The notes below the pieces were generated by a model, which did not search any database, was not told where the DNA came from, and was given only the letters and a program-made list of their open reading frames with translations. 64,000 bases of DNA from Cycas panzhihuaensis (Eukaryota > Plantae > Cycadophyta): contig CM041465.1 in NCBI GenBank assembly GCA_023213395.1, positions 171,375,741 through 171,439,740 on the forward strand, given 5' to 3'. A program made the translations under genes and the position numbers. Below are positions 42,001-54,216 of the stretch, piece after piece. Numbering within the stretch: the first letter of the stretch is position 1; the number at the start of each line of letters is the position of its first letter.

Positions 42001-43472
42001 GACAAATTTTAGCTATGTATCATAAGTAGATATCTAGTTAAGTGGTGGATAATAAGAATTTTATATAGGTTATTATTTATAATGGTTGTTGATATATTAA
42101 TATAAATGTGTAAATAAGCATTAAAGTTATTAGTATTATATAATATTTTATACAATATTATACGAATGGAGTAATATAGTTGATAATTATGAGTGCCCTC
42201 CTATACTTTTATATGGTTACATGCTATGAATATATATGGCATACAACATTATTGGTTTATGCCTCTAGCAACAATGACACTGTAAGCTCTTACAGAAGAC
42301 TTGATCATAATTTTTTTATTTTATTTGTAGTACCAAGCTCTTGTATTAGTTAAATTCAATTGTAGGTGTTTGGCACTAAGGTGTGATGTTAAATAAGATA
42401 TTATCGCATTGTTGAAGTGCTAATATATATATATAATAGTTTATAGAACTATCAAAATTTGGGCTCAGATACCACTTGAGGTGACCCAACCTATTCACGC
42501 TCATAAATAGGAGGCAAGGTTGGTCAAGATTAAATATACCCAAAGGATAATTGATTGATAATTAATAAATGATGAATGATGTTTGATATTACATTGACCC
42601 AATATATTTATAATCTATCTATGGAAGGTTGTGTCCATTTACAAATAGACATGACCCTTCACTTAATCTAATTATAATTGTTTATTCTTAAATACACCAT
42701 TTAGGCTCCATGGAAGTTGAATACAAAGTAATTATTCATGTCAACACTACAATAATTTGGCTATGCAAGATTCTTGTAGAGCTTGGACTTCATCAGACTC
42801 AAGCCACCACTCTCTTTTGTAACAATCAAAGTGTTTTGAAGATGACTAAGAATCTTGTCTTACATATGATAACCGAACACATAGAAATCCATCATTACTT
42901 CATCTATAAGCATATGCAAAATGGAGAAGTTGACTTAGTATACTAACTGACTAAGGACCAAGTGATAGATATCTTCACCAAAGCACTTGGGAGACCAAAT
43001 TTCAAAAGGTTTTGGCATGACCTCGACGTCAAAACAAATATAGTTGTCATTGAGGGAGGTGTTAAAACATTTAACAACACCTCATTTATAATCATATTTT
43101 TATGCATCTTATATCATTGATGTGCCATGATGTAATTCAAATGTAATGTAATATTATCTCAGATCTATCCCCTTACTAAAAATTAGGCTAATAATATTTG
43201 CTCGTTATATCAACCACTAAGATTTATTTGTAAGGCATATCTTCATCTCTAAATTAGACCTAAACACCCTCATTTATATATTAAATTATTATGTATATAA
43301 AAGCTCTATCAGAATATAGGTCGACAGTGTAATTAGTTTACCTGTCGTAGTTCTTTGTTATCAATTTACTTTGTTCTATTGTCTATTGTATATTATTTGT
43401 GTTGTTCCTTCTTTTATATCTTTTATATTTGTACACACATATGTTATCTTAATCTTGTTTATGAATTTTACA
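39100..43472 (+). mobile_element. Copia RNase H, PPT and 3' LTR (43060-43472), split by a nested element
   Basis: DWVGCQD...ISxRYKKxPNVTLS runs to 39283 and resumes at 42710 with MEVEYK...IWLCKILVELG...LFCNNQS...TEHIEIHHYFI...QVIDIFTKAL. PPT GAGGGAGG, then TGTTAA...TTTTACA. Confidence 0.85.
39284..42708 (-). mobile_element. Non-autonomous gag-only LTR element (TR-GAG-like), ~3.4 kb, with ~238-bp LTRs
   Basis: Direct repeats at 39284-39521 and 42477-42708. PBS (reverse complement GCTCAGATACCA) at 42463-42474; PPT-like CTCTCCACTCTT after 39521. Minus-strand gag remnant FYGLKEYALKWLQVLEDFF...ALHM...FN*W...ITWELFSIAF at ~40860-40620. No pol motifs found. Confidence 0.85.
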
Positions 43473-44238
43473 TAGAGGTCCTCAATAGAACTTTAGAGAT
43501 ATATCTATGTTGTTTTTCCCCTGAACACCAAAATTAATAAAGTTGTTGGTTAGCTCTAGTAGAATATTGATGTAATTCCTTACACCACTCTACAATTAGC
43601 ATGCCCTCCTTCATGGTCATATATAGTCATCCCCTACCTTCCCATTAAACATTGACCACTAACTTGCATACAACCTCAAGATAATAGAAATTGTAAAATA
43701 TGGGTAAAATCCTAAACACCCTCAAACAAAACTTAGTAATGCTCAAAGTCATATGAAGCAACGTGATGACTGCCATCGCTCTGATTGAATCTTTTCTATT
43801 GGTGATATGGTCTTTATTCACCTCCAATTATATAAATAACAATCACTCTACCACAATAGAGACCATAAACTTAATCCTTAATACTATGGTTCTTATAAGG
43901 TTAGACTACACATTGATAAAGTTACTTGTGCCCTTGAACTCCCTTCTGATACTAAGATCTATAATGTCTTCAATATGTCATGCCTTAAGAAGCTCTTCAG
44001 AAAGTATATTATATCATAGACCACTCTCTTAAACCTTGTTGAAGAGTAACTCCTAACTATTCCCCTAGACTATATTTTGGAAACTAAACACCTCTGTCTC
44101 TAAAATAGGATTGTTTCAAACATTTAGTGTAATTGACTGGCAACATACCTAAAGAAGTGACATGGAATTTGGATGAATTCATCAAGAAGCATCCACATTT
44201 GTTACATTATGGGGACTCAGGTCTCAGGGTAGGGGACA
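43473..44238 (+). mobile_element. Chromovirus integrase C-terminus, chromodomain and PPT
   Basis: EVLNRTLEIYLCCF, HKLNP*YYGSYK, LELPSDTKIYNVFNMSCLKK, EVTWNLDEF; paralogous to ~48300-49060. Confidence 0.85.
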
Positions 44239-47200
44239 TGATATATAATGACTAGTTATTGGCAGAACTCTTGTCAATGTACTCCTTGTTAGTAAGAAGC
44301 AGATGCTAATTTTGGCCATTAAAATGTGTGTGTAGGCTGCTGAAGGGAACTGATAGAAATAAAGGCCAAATACCTTTCCAATGTGATTCATTGACTAAAC
44401 AACCATTCTACCTATTTAAGGCCCTATGGATGTAAAAGAAGATTAGTTTAGAATATGAAATTGCTACCGCTCATTTGGTGCATTATTTTGATATTTGTTC
44501 TAGTGTTCATTTGTGATCTTTCTATGTTTTATTCTTCTATTTTATATTTAGGTGCAAAGAAATACTAGGAGGAACCATATTAAGTGGTATTAGAGCTTGG
44601 TTATGTGACGAAGGGGAGCTATGTAATAGGCAAAAATCAAGATTTATTTTTTCCAGCCAAAGTAAGTACTTTCTTTGTATAAGTAGAGATTAAGGAAAGA
44701 CCTTCTCTCAGTACTCTCTCCACACAAAGATTGAGGAATGGAACCAATGGCATTCAAAAGTCATGAAGAAAAGGGATTTTTTTTTTCCTTGGTAATGCTC
44801 GACACATATCCTTTGAATTTAATTTAGTTTATTTTAATTACAATACTTATGGCATCAGCTCAATGGTAGATAAAGTCACTTGGTGGCTATCCTTTCCCCT
44901 TCTACTCCTTATTCTCAGATAGATAATTTTGTATGGAGACCACCCAAAGTAGTTAAGTAGAGACCTTATACCAAGGATTTATAAAGATCATAGTAATCTA
45001 TCATTTTGGCTAAGTGCATTATGGTTTTTCTGCCCTTTACATGAAAGATTAGAAATAACACTCCTGAATAAAGTATTAAACATATAGAAGGACCCCTATA
45101 GGTCCTAAATCCTTCATAGTATAGGCAACCTATCAGTTACTAAAGTCATATAGTGTAGTGGTTAGTAATTAGCACCATAAAGCTACCTGCCCTAAACTTT
45201 TACATAAGAAGTCTATTAGTAAACTTATAAGACCAAGCATACCTTGTCTATTGGTTAGTGGAATATCTTATTTCTGGTCACATCTTGATTCAAATGCTCT
45301 ACTTCCTACTTAAGATTTAAAAATATAGGATAACAGATCTTAAAAAAAAAAAAAAAGGTCATCTCATAGTCCATAGGGAATTCTAAATTTTAAAATACTT
45401 TTTGGATTTAGAAACAACCAGTGCAATTATACTTAAGGTAAAAAAAAAGGTCCATGGCCCAAAAATACCCTTGGTTACCTATACATCTTATTTTGATTAG
45501 CACGTAATACTGACCATTTTTCATTAGGGTAGTTTTAATTTAAATTTTTTTGATACAATAGTATATAAGCATCTTGTGAGCTCTATTGGAAAAAAAATTC
45601 ACTTAAAAGCCATCTATCCCATCTTGATAAGCTTCTCATGCTCGTTTTAATGCACTAAATAAATCCATTATACTTTTAGGGTCAATAGGCTATAGACAAC
45701 CTATCCCCTCCCACCCCCCCCCCCCCACCTCCCCCTTACTCCCTTCTTATTCCCTCACTCGACTCCCAACTTCTTTAAATCTCTTTCTTCTTATCTATCC
45801 CTATTTTGTTACTATGTTCTTTCTTCCTTATGTTGCTTTGTACAATCCTCTTCTACACTCTCATCCTACTTAAAATAATCCTATTCTTTCTTAACAACTA
45901 GTGTTTACAATTATCAATGGCACCTAACCAAGCTAACAAATTCTAGATGCTTGAAAATAATCTCACATCTATTAAGGATGAGTTCAAGACCATATAGGAA
46001 GATATCACCATCAATAATGACCAAAAAAAAGAATTTGTAGCCATCGAAAGTAATTTTGCAAGCATCAATCTTGACCTTGCAAACTTTTTAAAGCTACTTT
46101 AGTAAATAGTCAACTAAGGTAATGCCTTAAATCAAGTAGAGTTATCTAACCAGTAGTAGGTACCACTGCCTCCTCCACTCTAAAGTCATCAATGATAACA
46201 ACCCTTCTATTACAGGATTAATATTCCTATCTTTGATCAAGATCTAAATAAGAGCAATGTAAGGAGTTGGATCAGTAAATTATAGTCATATTTTTGACTC
46301 CATCTCATGTTGATCAATGACTACTCACCTTTACATCTATCCATCTAGATGGATAGGCTCATCATTGGCTTTAGTGGTGGAAGAAGGAGTACCATACAAA
46401 GCAATCCTAGGATCAATTTTGTAAAAGCTTCTTTAAGTAATATCAAGACACATGGAACCATACATTCTTTAGCCAACTCACTCGACTAAGACAATCCTCA
46501 ATAATAGAAGCTTTCATAAATAAGTTCTAAGCTCTCTAAAATAGGATCAATATTTAGCTAGATCAACCAGCCTTAGTCAAAATCTATGTAGTTAGACTCA
46601 AAGAATACATATAAAAATATGCTTATTGAATACTTTGAGATGGGCCACAACCATAGCCAAAGCAGTCAAAGCTAAATCCATAGCAAAATGCATATTCATC
46701 TCTCGATAGGATATATTATCATACCATCACTCTCAGCCAATACATATACAATGACCACGACTTCACTTAGAGGATCGTCAACAGGATTGCCCTACAACAG
46801 AATGCTCCATAGTAGAACAACCAATAGTAGAACAAACCACAGGGTTTGAATAAGTAAGCCTTATTGAAGCCAAGAGAAGCCAAAAAGTTGGTCTTTGCAT
46901 CCAATGTACAGAAAAATAGACTATTAGATATGGTAGGGTCTGTAAAGCAAAACATATGGTCTTCACCATTGATCCTACAACATTAGTTCATGAAGATCTT
47001 GATACAGGCAATGAGCTTGAGGAAGGCCTAGCCATAGAACCCCTTATTGACCCTAAGTTAGAACCTTAAGTTTCCCTTTCTGCTATTTCCTCTATCGTCT
47101 CCTCTACCTCTTGCCCTAAGCCTCTTTGAGTCAGAAGCAACTTGAAGAAGACTCCTATCGTCATCTTGATCGATGGTGATGCATCACTTAACTCCATCAT

Positions 47201-49217
47201 CATCTCCCTAGCCAAACAACTTAACTTATACATAATGCCAAAAACTAGTTTTACTTACTCCTTACTAGGATACCATAAATTGCACTATACAAGTCTCATT
47301 AAAAACCTCCACATCTATGTTGGCACATACTAATTGGATTCTAATTGTTATGCCCTTTCCATAGGAGGATCAAATGTCATCCTAGTAGTCAAATAGCTCC
47401 AAACCCTTAGCACTTACAATACTAATAATTCCCCTATTAATCCATTCATTATATTCAAAGACCAATTTGGATAAACACATAAACTACATGGGTATCACCT
47501 ACAAGTATTCGACTTCACCATATATTATAATAAGGGCAAAGAAAATGTCATAGTCGATGCTCTCTCTTGCTTGCCTTTGGAATCATCTTAGCCCATATTA
47601 TAAGCCATCTTTGCCCTCCAACCTATATGGCTATAAGAATTAACAATAGATAACTAATCCCAAGTAGATTTTGCTAAATGTTCCTTAAAAATTTAACATC
47701 AGAAGGATTTGACCTTGCACAACACTCATCTTCTCTACAAAAATCAAATCTTTATCCATCCATCATCTTCCTTTATTCTTCGTATCTTGACCAAGTACCA
47801 CACCATCCCTTTAGGAGGTCACTCGTGTTTTAATAAAACCTATCGATGTATCTAATATGACTTCTATTAGCCTCAAATGAAATCATCCACACCAACCTTC
47901 ATAGTAAAATGTGATGTCTACCAACACAATAAAGTAAATACAAAGGCTTAGCCTAGGCTCCTCTAACCCCTTCAAATTTTGTAAGGTAAATGGCAAGATA
48001 TTACCATGGATTTCATCATAAACCTTCCATCCTCTATTAGAAATGACTCCATTTATGTAATCATTGATCGACTAACAAAATATGTATACTTTCTACTAAT
48101 CCACACATCCTACCAAGCCCCTCACTTGGCCTACCTACATATCCAATTCATTTTTTGCCTCCACAGATTTCCATGTATTATAGTTTCATATTAGAACCCT
48201 AAATTCACACCTTCTTTTTTTATAAGAACTCTTCTATGTAGTTGGTAGCTCTTTCAACATAAGTTCCTTTTATCACCCCTAGACGAATGGTCAATCTGAG
48301 ATCCTCAAAAGAACTTTAGAGATATATCTCTATTATTTTACCTCAAAACACCAAAATTTATAGACCTCCTTGTTAGCTCTAGTAGAATCTTGGTATAATT
48401 CTTGACACCACTCTGTAATTGGCATTCTGCCCTTCGTGGCTCTATATAGTTATCTCCCACCTTCCCATCACACATTGGCCACTAACTTGAATACAACCAC
48501 AGTACAATAGAAATTACAAGACATGGATAAAATCCTAAATACCCTTAAACAAAACTTAGCAATGGCTCATAATCAGAGGAAGCAACTTGTTAACTACCAC
48601 TACTTTGATTAAACATTTTTGTTAGTGATATGGTCTTTATTCACCTCCAACTATATAAGCAACAGTCACTTTACCACAACAAAAACTATAAACTTAATCC
48701 TCGATACTATGGTCCTTACAAGATTAGCCAACACATTAGTGAAGTCACTTATGCTCTTGAACTCCCTTCTAATACTAAGATCCATAACTTCTTCCATGTG
48801 TCATGCCTTAAAAAGCTCTTTAGAAAGTCCATTGTACCACAGATCACTCTCATAATCCTCACCGAAGAGCAACTCCTAATCGTTCCCCTAGACTAGATTT
48901 TGGAAACTAAACACCATCGTCTCCAAAATAGCATCATTTCTGAACATTTGGTGCAATTGATTGGTAGTAGACCTGAGGAAACGACATGGGAGCTAGATGA
49001 ATTTGTTAAGTAGCATCCATATCTATTACACTGGGGGGACTCAATATCTTAGGAGAGGGGACTCAATATCTATTACACTAGTGGTTGACAGAACTCTTGT
49101 GAATGTACTCCTTATTAGTAAAAAACAGGTATTAATGTTGACCATTAGAATGTGTGCGCAGGTCACTTAGGGCCACCAATAGAAATAAATGTTAAATGCC
49201 TCTCCAATGAGATTCAT
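44239..49217 (+). mobile_element. Decayed chromovirus-type Ty3/gypsy element lacking RT and most of RNase H
   Basis: 5' LTR 44239-44582; PBS TGGTATTAGAGC 44585-44596; gag from the ATG at 45917; GLCIQCTEK knuckle; protease VILIDGDASLN; RNase H tail FDFTIYYNKGKENVIVDALS; integrase (GGHS, WQDITMDFIINLP, VIIDRLTKY, HP*TNGQSE); GPY motif; chromodomain HLVQ..ETTWE; PPT; truncated 3' LTR ~49078-49217 matching ~44252-44391. Confidence 0.9.
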
Positions 49218-50410
49218 ACATAGGTTAAAAATTTTTAATTCTAATCAATTCTAACTATAGATGTTCTTATGTGTATTTATTAGCCTTGAACAATTACTAT
49301 TATCTATTACATATGTACATACATTTACATTTTGATATTAGTTACATAGATGAAGTAAACTGGGGATAGGTGTAGTTAGTACTTTCACTAACACCTTGAA
49401 GATGATTCATATATAGAGTGATTTAAATTTTTGAAAACTATATACAAATATAAGAGCCATTTAAATGAAAAAGGTGATATTAATTTTTAAATGTAGTTTT
49501 GATTTAAAAACAATTTTGGTCTTCATTGTTAGCATATGCAAGTGTGAATCTAAAAGTAATTGTTCCATTTATTGTCTTTATTATTGGAAAAGTCCTATAT
49601 TCATGCAAAATGAAGAATTAAAGTAGAAGAAAATATTTAGTGTATCTAAAAATTACTTTTAGAATTATTTTGATTTATGGGGCCTTACTCTATTAACATT
49701 TAGGGTTAAATATAAACACCTACCACGACTTTGAACAAGCTTAGACACATGAAAAAGTAAGTTTTTGTACCCTTAAAAGGAACTTGTGCACACTAAGTAG
49801 ATGTGCTTATTTAGGAAATCAAACCCTTATACCTTAGTCATTATGACATAGGTCTCACATTTTTTGGACAATATTTTCAAGGATAAGACCATGAAAGGAG
49901 AGAGGTAATGATGAATTTTAGAAATAGCAATATATATCTTGATTTTGTGTATAAGTTTTTTAAGGAGACATGAACATAAGCATATGAACTTCTCTTTACT
50001 TGGGCATTTCCACCTTAGTCTACCTCTAGTTATTGTCCTATATTGTGCACTTATTACGACTCTCTTACCTATCTTATTTTTAGTATTTATGTACCATTTT
50101 CAAGGATTAAATGGAGGAATACAAGAAGTGTCGATAGATTTCAATGTAACTTTAATGGCAATTCTAACGGTGCTAATGCACTTGTAGCTTCTTAACCACA
50201 TACATATGCATGCCATGATTCACTCCTATTTATATCCCATAGCACTTTGATTCTTATGTCCGTGACTTATGCTTGCATTTTAGCCACATATATTTTCATT
50301 ATAAATTTGTATGCATATTAGTTTAAATGATATTGTGACAACATCATTGAATGACCTTTTCTTTCACATTAAATATGCACATATGAATTTGGAGGAAAGT
50401 AGAATGTTAA
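49218..50410 (+). repeat. Segment X, second copy (matches 11998-13050)
   Basis: Colinear with 11998-13050, offset ~37.2 kb. Confidence 0.95.
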
Positions 50411-50673
50411 AGTCTATGGTCTTCTCCTTTGTGTTGAATATGTATTCATTATTGTTTTGAATTTGCTTTGATTATCCTTGCCACCCAATTAAAATTTCCT
50501 CATTATTTCTAAATACCATTTTATTGAGTGCAAGTTGCATTTGTTTGTCCTCTTTTTTTGTTTGTGTTTCAGTTATTCAACCTAGATTGCTTGTAGTATG
50601 GAACACGTTATTTGTACTTACCTTATCGCACTACTTGTATTCCTTAATTACTTAGAATTATTGGGCTAGATTC

Positions 50674-51082
50674 TTGACCATGTGAATTTAAGATGCATGT
50701 ATGCATATGAGCTGAAGGGAGATCAAGGCATTAAAGTGTGTGGCATGCTGACTTCTTTATATACATAGTTTATATTCCTAGTCTGTTCTCATCTTTGTCA
50801 TTAAAGTGTGTGGCATGTTGGCTTCTTTATATACATAGTTTATATTCCTAGTCCCTTCTCATCCTTGTCACATATTATAATTATAGTCGTTAAGTCAATT
50901 TTACCTATAGCATGTTGTATCCATGCATCTTCCCTTTTCTAATGTTGCTTGACTAATTTAAACCCCATTTAGAAGCATATGTGGCTTACTTAAGTGGTCA
51001 AGTTTCTTTTTGGGTCAACCACTCTTTCTCTTCATGGGTATTCACACTTGGGATACATTTATCTTTGATTGCCTATATATAT
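50674..51082 (+). promoter_or_regulatory. Kinase promoter: five W-boxes (TTGACY) and a TATA box
   Basis: TTGACC 50674, AGTCAA 50893, TTGACT 50949, GGTCAA 50996, GGTCAA 51013; TATATATA 51074-51081, about 60 bp before the ATG at 51138. Confidence 0.65.
50729..50871 (+). repeat. 70-bp tandem duplication in the kinase promoter
   Basis: CATTAAAGTGTGTGGCATG...CTCATCYTTGT at 50729 and 50799. Confidence 0.95.
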
Positions 51083-51137
51083 GAGTTTGAAGGAGGTTAA
51101 CCCACACATAGCCCTAAGATTCATTTTCATTTTGAAG

Positions 51138-54100
51138 ATGCATCTCTTATTGTTATTTGTTCTATCCTCCCTTAGATTCCTTCTATCATGCTCAACTCTT
51201 GCCCAAGCATCTCATTTTAATCCTCATCCCCACCTCAACAATGCTACTGATTAGCAGTCTCTTTTGGCATTCAAGGCTTCGATCATGTCTGATCCTAACG
51301 ATGTATTAGGCAATTGGGATTCTAATGTAACCTTCTGCAATTGGAGGCATTTGGTGCAGTTCAAGAAGAGAAAGAGTGGTGGTCATAAATCTCCAAAGCA
51401 AGGGCTTAAGAGGGACCATCACCCCTTTAAAAAAAATCTATCGTTTTTGCATTCGCTACGACTTGGTAATAATAGTTTTTATGGTCCCATTCCACACGAA
51501 TTAGGAAGCCTCCGCCGGTTAAGAACCCTTTCGTTGCCGATAAACGAGTTAGAGGGTCCCATTCCGACGGCACTCGCTAATTGTAGCAAACTGGAAATCT
51601 TAGCTCTCTCGTTCAACGGAATCATTCCGCCTGAGCTATCTCTTCTGACAGGTTTACAGATACTTTACCTTGATCAAAGCAACCTCAAGGGAACCATTCC
51701 TCCATCGTTCGGAAACCTCTCTGCCCTGGTGGAATTGGACTTGGGGGTGAACAATCTCCAGGGTGTCATTCCCCCTCGGTTGGGTCTCCTCATCAATCTA
51801 CAGTCCCTTTCGATTAGCGAGAATCACCTGAGCGGACACATTCCACCGTCCCTCTCCAACTGCACTGCCCTCTTCGAATTGGGTTTCTACGACAACCATT
51901 TGACGGGAACGATTCCCGTGGAGTTGGGCGCCAGGCTCCTCAATCTGCAAGTACTGTCTCTGTGGAAGAACCAGCTGAGTGGTAGCATTCCGGAGTCTGT
52001 GGGCAACTGTACGCAACTCACAAAACTTGCCCTGAACGAGAATCAACTGACAGGTGCAGTGCCGGTGGCCTTGGGTAAGTTGCATCTTCTTGAACGCCTT
52101 TATTTGCATAATAATCGACTTGTCAGCGGTGACGGATTGCCCGTTCTCACGGCACTCGCCAATTGCTCCGTCCTCCAAGAAATACATTTGAATTCCAATA
52201 ATCTCACCGGCGTGTTGCCCCCTTCCATAGGCCGACTGTCTACCAATCTCTCCGTTTTGCGCCTGCAAATCAATCGCATTGGAGGAAACATTCCTCCGCA
52301 GATTGGGAACCTCAAGAGCCTGTACCACCTGGATTTAAGTAGCAATCTCTTTAACGGCGCCCTCCCACCAGCACTCAAAGGACTGGTAAACTTGCAAAGA
52401 TTGCATCTGGACAACAACAGACTGCAAGGAAGCATTCCAAGAGAGATCGGTTATCTGAGTAACCTTGGAGAGCTGTACTTGGGCAATAATAGGATCTCCG
52501 GAGAAATTCCTTCCTCTGTTGGCGATCTTCAACAACTGAGATACCTTGATCTCCATCAAAACCAATTGACAGGAAGGATACCGGAGACTCTGGGAAATTG
52601 TTGGCGTATGGAATTGCTAGATCTGTCCTACAACAGATTCAGTGAAGACATACCGCCAAATGTTGCCGGCCTTCCAAATTTACTTAAATATTTCAATTTG
52701 TCAAGCAACTCTCTGCGAGGCTCCTTGCCTTTGGAGATCGGTCAGATGGCAAAGGTCTTAGCTATAGATATTTCTATGAATCGCTTACACGGTGCCATTC
52801 CGGGCACGCTTGGGGGTTGCTCGGCTCTACAATACCTCAATCTTTCTCACAATGCATTAGAAGGGGGTATGTCTCCAGATTCGTTTGGCCAACTAAGAAG
52901 TCTCCAGGACATGGATCTCTCTTTCAATGGCTTGTCCGGAAGAATACCAGAGTCCTTGGAAACGCTCAATATGCTTGCTCACTTGAACCTCTCTTTCAAC
53001 AACTTGAGCGGAGAAATCCCAAGAGCAGGGTGTTTACCAATCTTACCAGTCCATCGTTTATAGGAAATCCTGGCCTTTGTGGATCGTGGATACATTTGCC
53101 TGCATGTCTCGCTTCTGCTTCCGGGAAACATACAGATTCTGCACACGCAGTTCTCAAAAGAATAATAGCGTCGGTAGCTGCCGTTGGCGGTCTTATACTG
53201 TTCATCTTACTCGTGGGCTTCTTTCGGAGTCGCAATTGGTATCTCAAGCATTTGGATCTCTCCAAAGGTTTTACGCCAAAACGAGGGCCCCCAAGGATTT
53301 CATATCAGGAGCTTCTTACTGCAACTAATGGTTTCGACGAGGCCAACTTGCTAGGAGTTGGTAGCTTTGGGTCTGTCTATAAAGCCATTCTCCGTGACCG
53401 ACCCACGGCTGTAACCTCCTTCTCCGACGAACACCTCAAATGTCTGGTTTTTCAGTTCATGCCTAATGGAAGTTTGGAAAAGTGCTTGCACGCTGCTGCA
53501 GATGACAATACCGTGGATACAGAAGCGTGTGGGTTAAGTTTGAGTGATCGATTGAATGTGGCGATAGACTTAGCCCGTGGCATGACATATTTGCATCACG
53601 ATTGTTTTGAGCAGGTGGTTCACTGTGATTTAAAGCCTAGCAATGTGCTCCTTGACGAAAGCATGACAGCCCGCGTGACGGACTTTGGCATTGCAAAATT
53701 AATTTATCCAAACTCCACCGATTCACTCACTTCAACACAGGCTCTCAGAGGTTCGATCGGCTACATCGCCCCAGGTGGCCCACTTATTTGTATTCTCTGT
53801 GGATTTGTATTGGAATTGGAAAAACCAAAATCTAATTGTGTGCGAATTGTGTGAATTGGGATTTGAACCTGCACAAGTGGGTTGCCTTGGCTTATCCTGA
53901 TAGAATACCCGATGTGGTCGATCGCAGCTTGCTGGAGGGTTTAAATATTGACCGGCAGGAGATCGTCCGCTATTGTCTTCTTCGACTCGTGCATGTGGGA
54001 TTACTGTCCTCCAAAGAATCACCAGAAGACCGACCGAGCATGAGAGCGGTGGTGGGGGCATTAGAGTGTATTAAGCAAAGCTTTGAAGGAACCACACCGT

Positions 54101-54216
54101 CTGCCAGATTTGCATCGGATATATGGCATTTAGTGGAATGCCATATATCCACACCGTCTACCAGTGCTGTTGGCGGAGGGTTGGAATCCCGAAGCTCTAC
54201 AACTTCTACTCTCTAG
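51138..54216 (+). pseudogene. LRR receptor-like kinase pseudogene, subfamily XII-like (FLS2/EFR/XA21 group, non-RD kinase)
   Basis: Signal peptide MHLLLLFVLSS; LRRNT (D*QSLLAFKASIMSDP...NW...FCNW); ~20 plant LRRs; GNPGLCG; TM helix; RISYQELLTATNGF; GVGSFGSVYKA; HCDLKPSN; DFG; GSIGYIAP with a GT donor at 53775; CLLRLVHVGLLSSKESPEDRPSM. Lesions: stop at 51252; frameshifts at ~51345, ~51430 and ~53020; loss of kinase subdomains II-IV (~53415); loss of the acceptor site and subdomain IX (~53857). Confidence 0.95.

Noticed and set aside
44855-45185. tRNA A-box-like strings (AGCTCAATGGTAGA ~44858; TATAGTGTAGTGGTTAG ~45148)
   Set aside because: No B-box, cloverleaf or TSD follows either string.
51798-54152. 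Antisense and alternative-frame ORFs over the kinase, and likewise over the L1
   Set aside because: Shadow ORFs of GC-richer coding sequence with no independent motifs.
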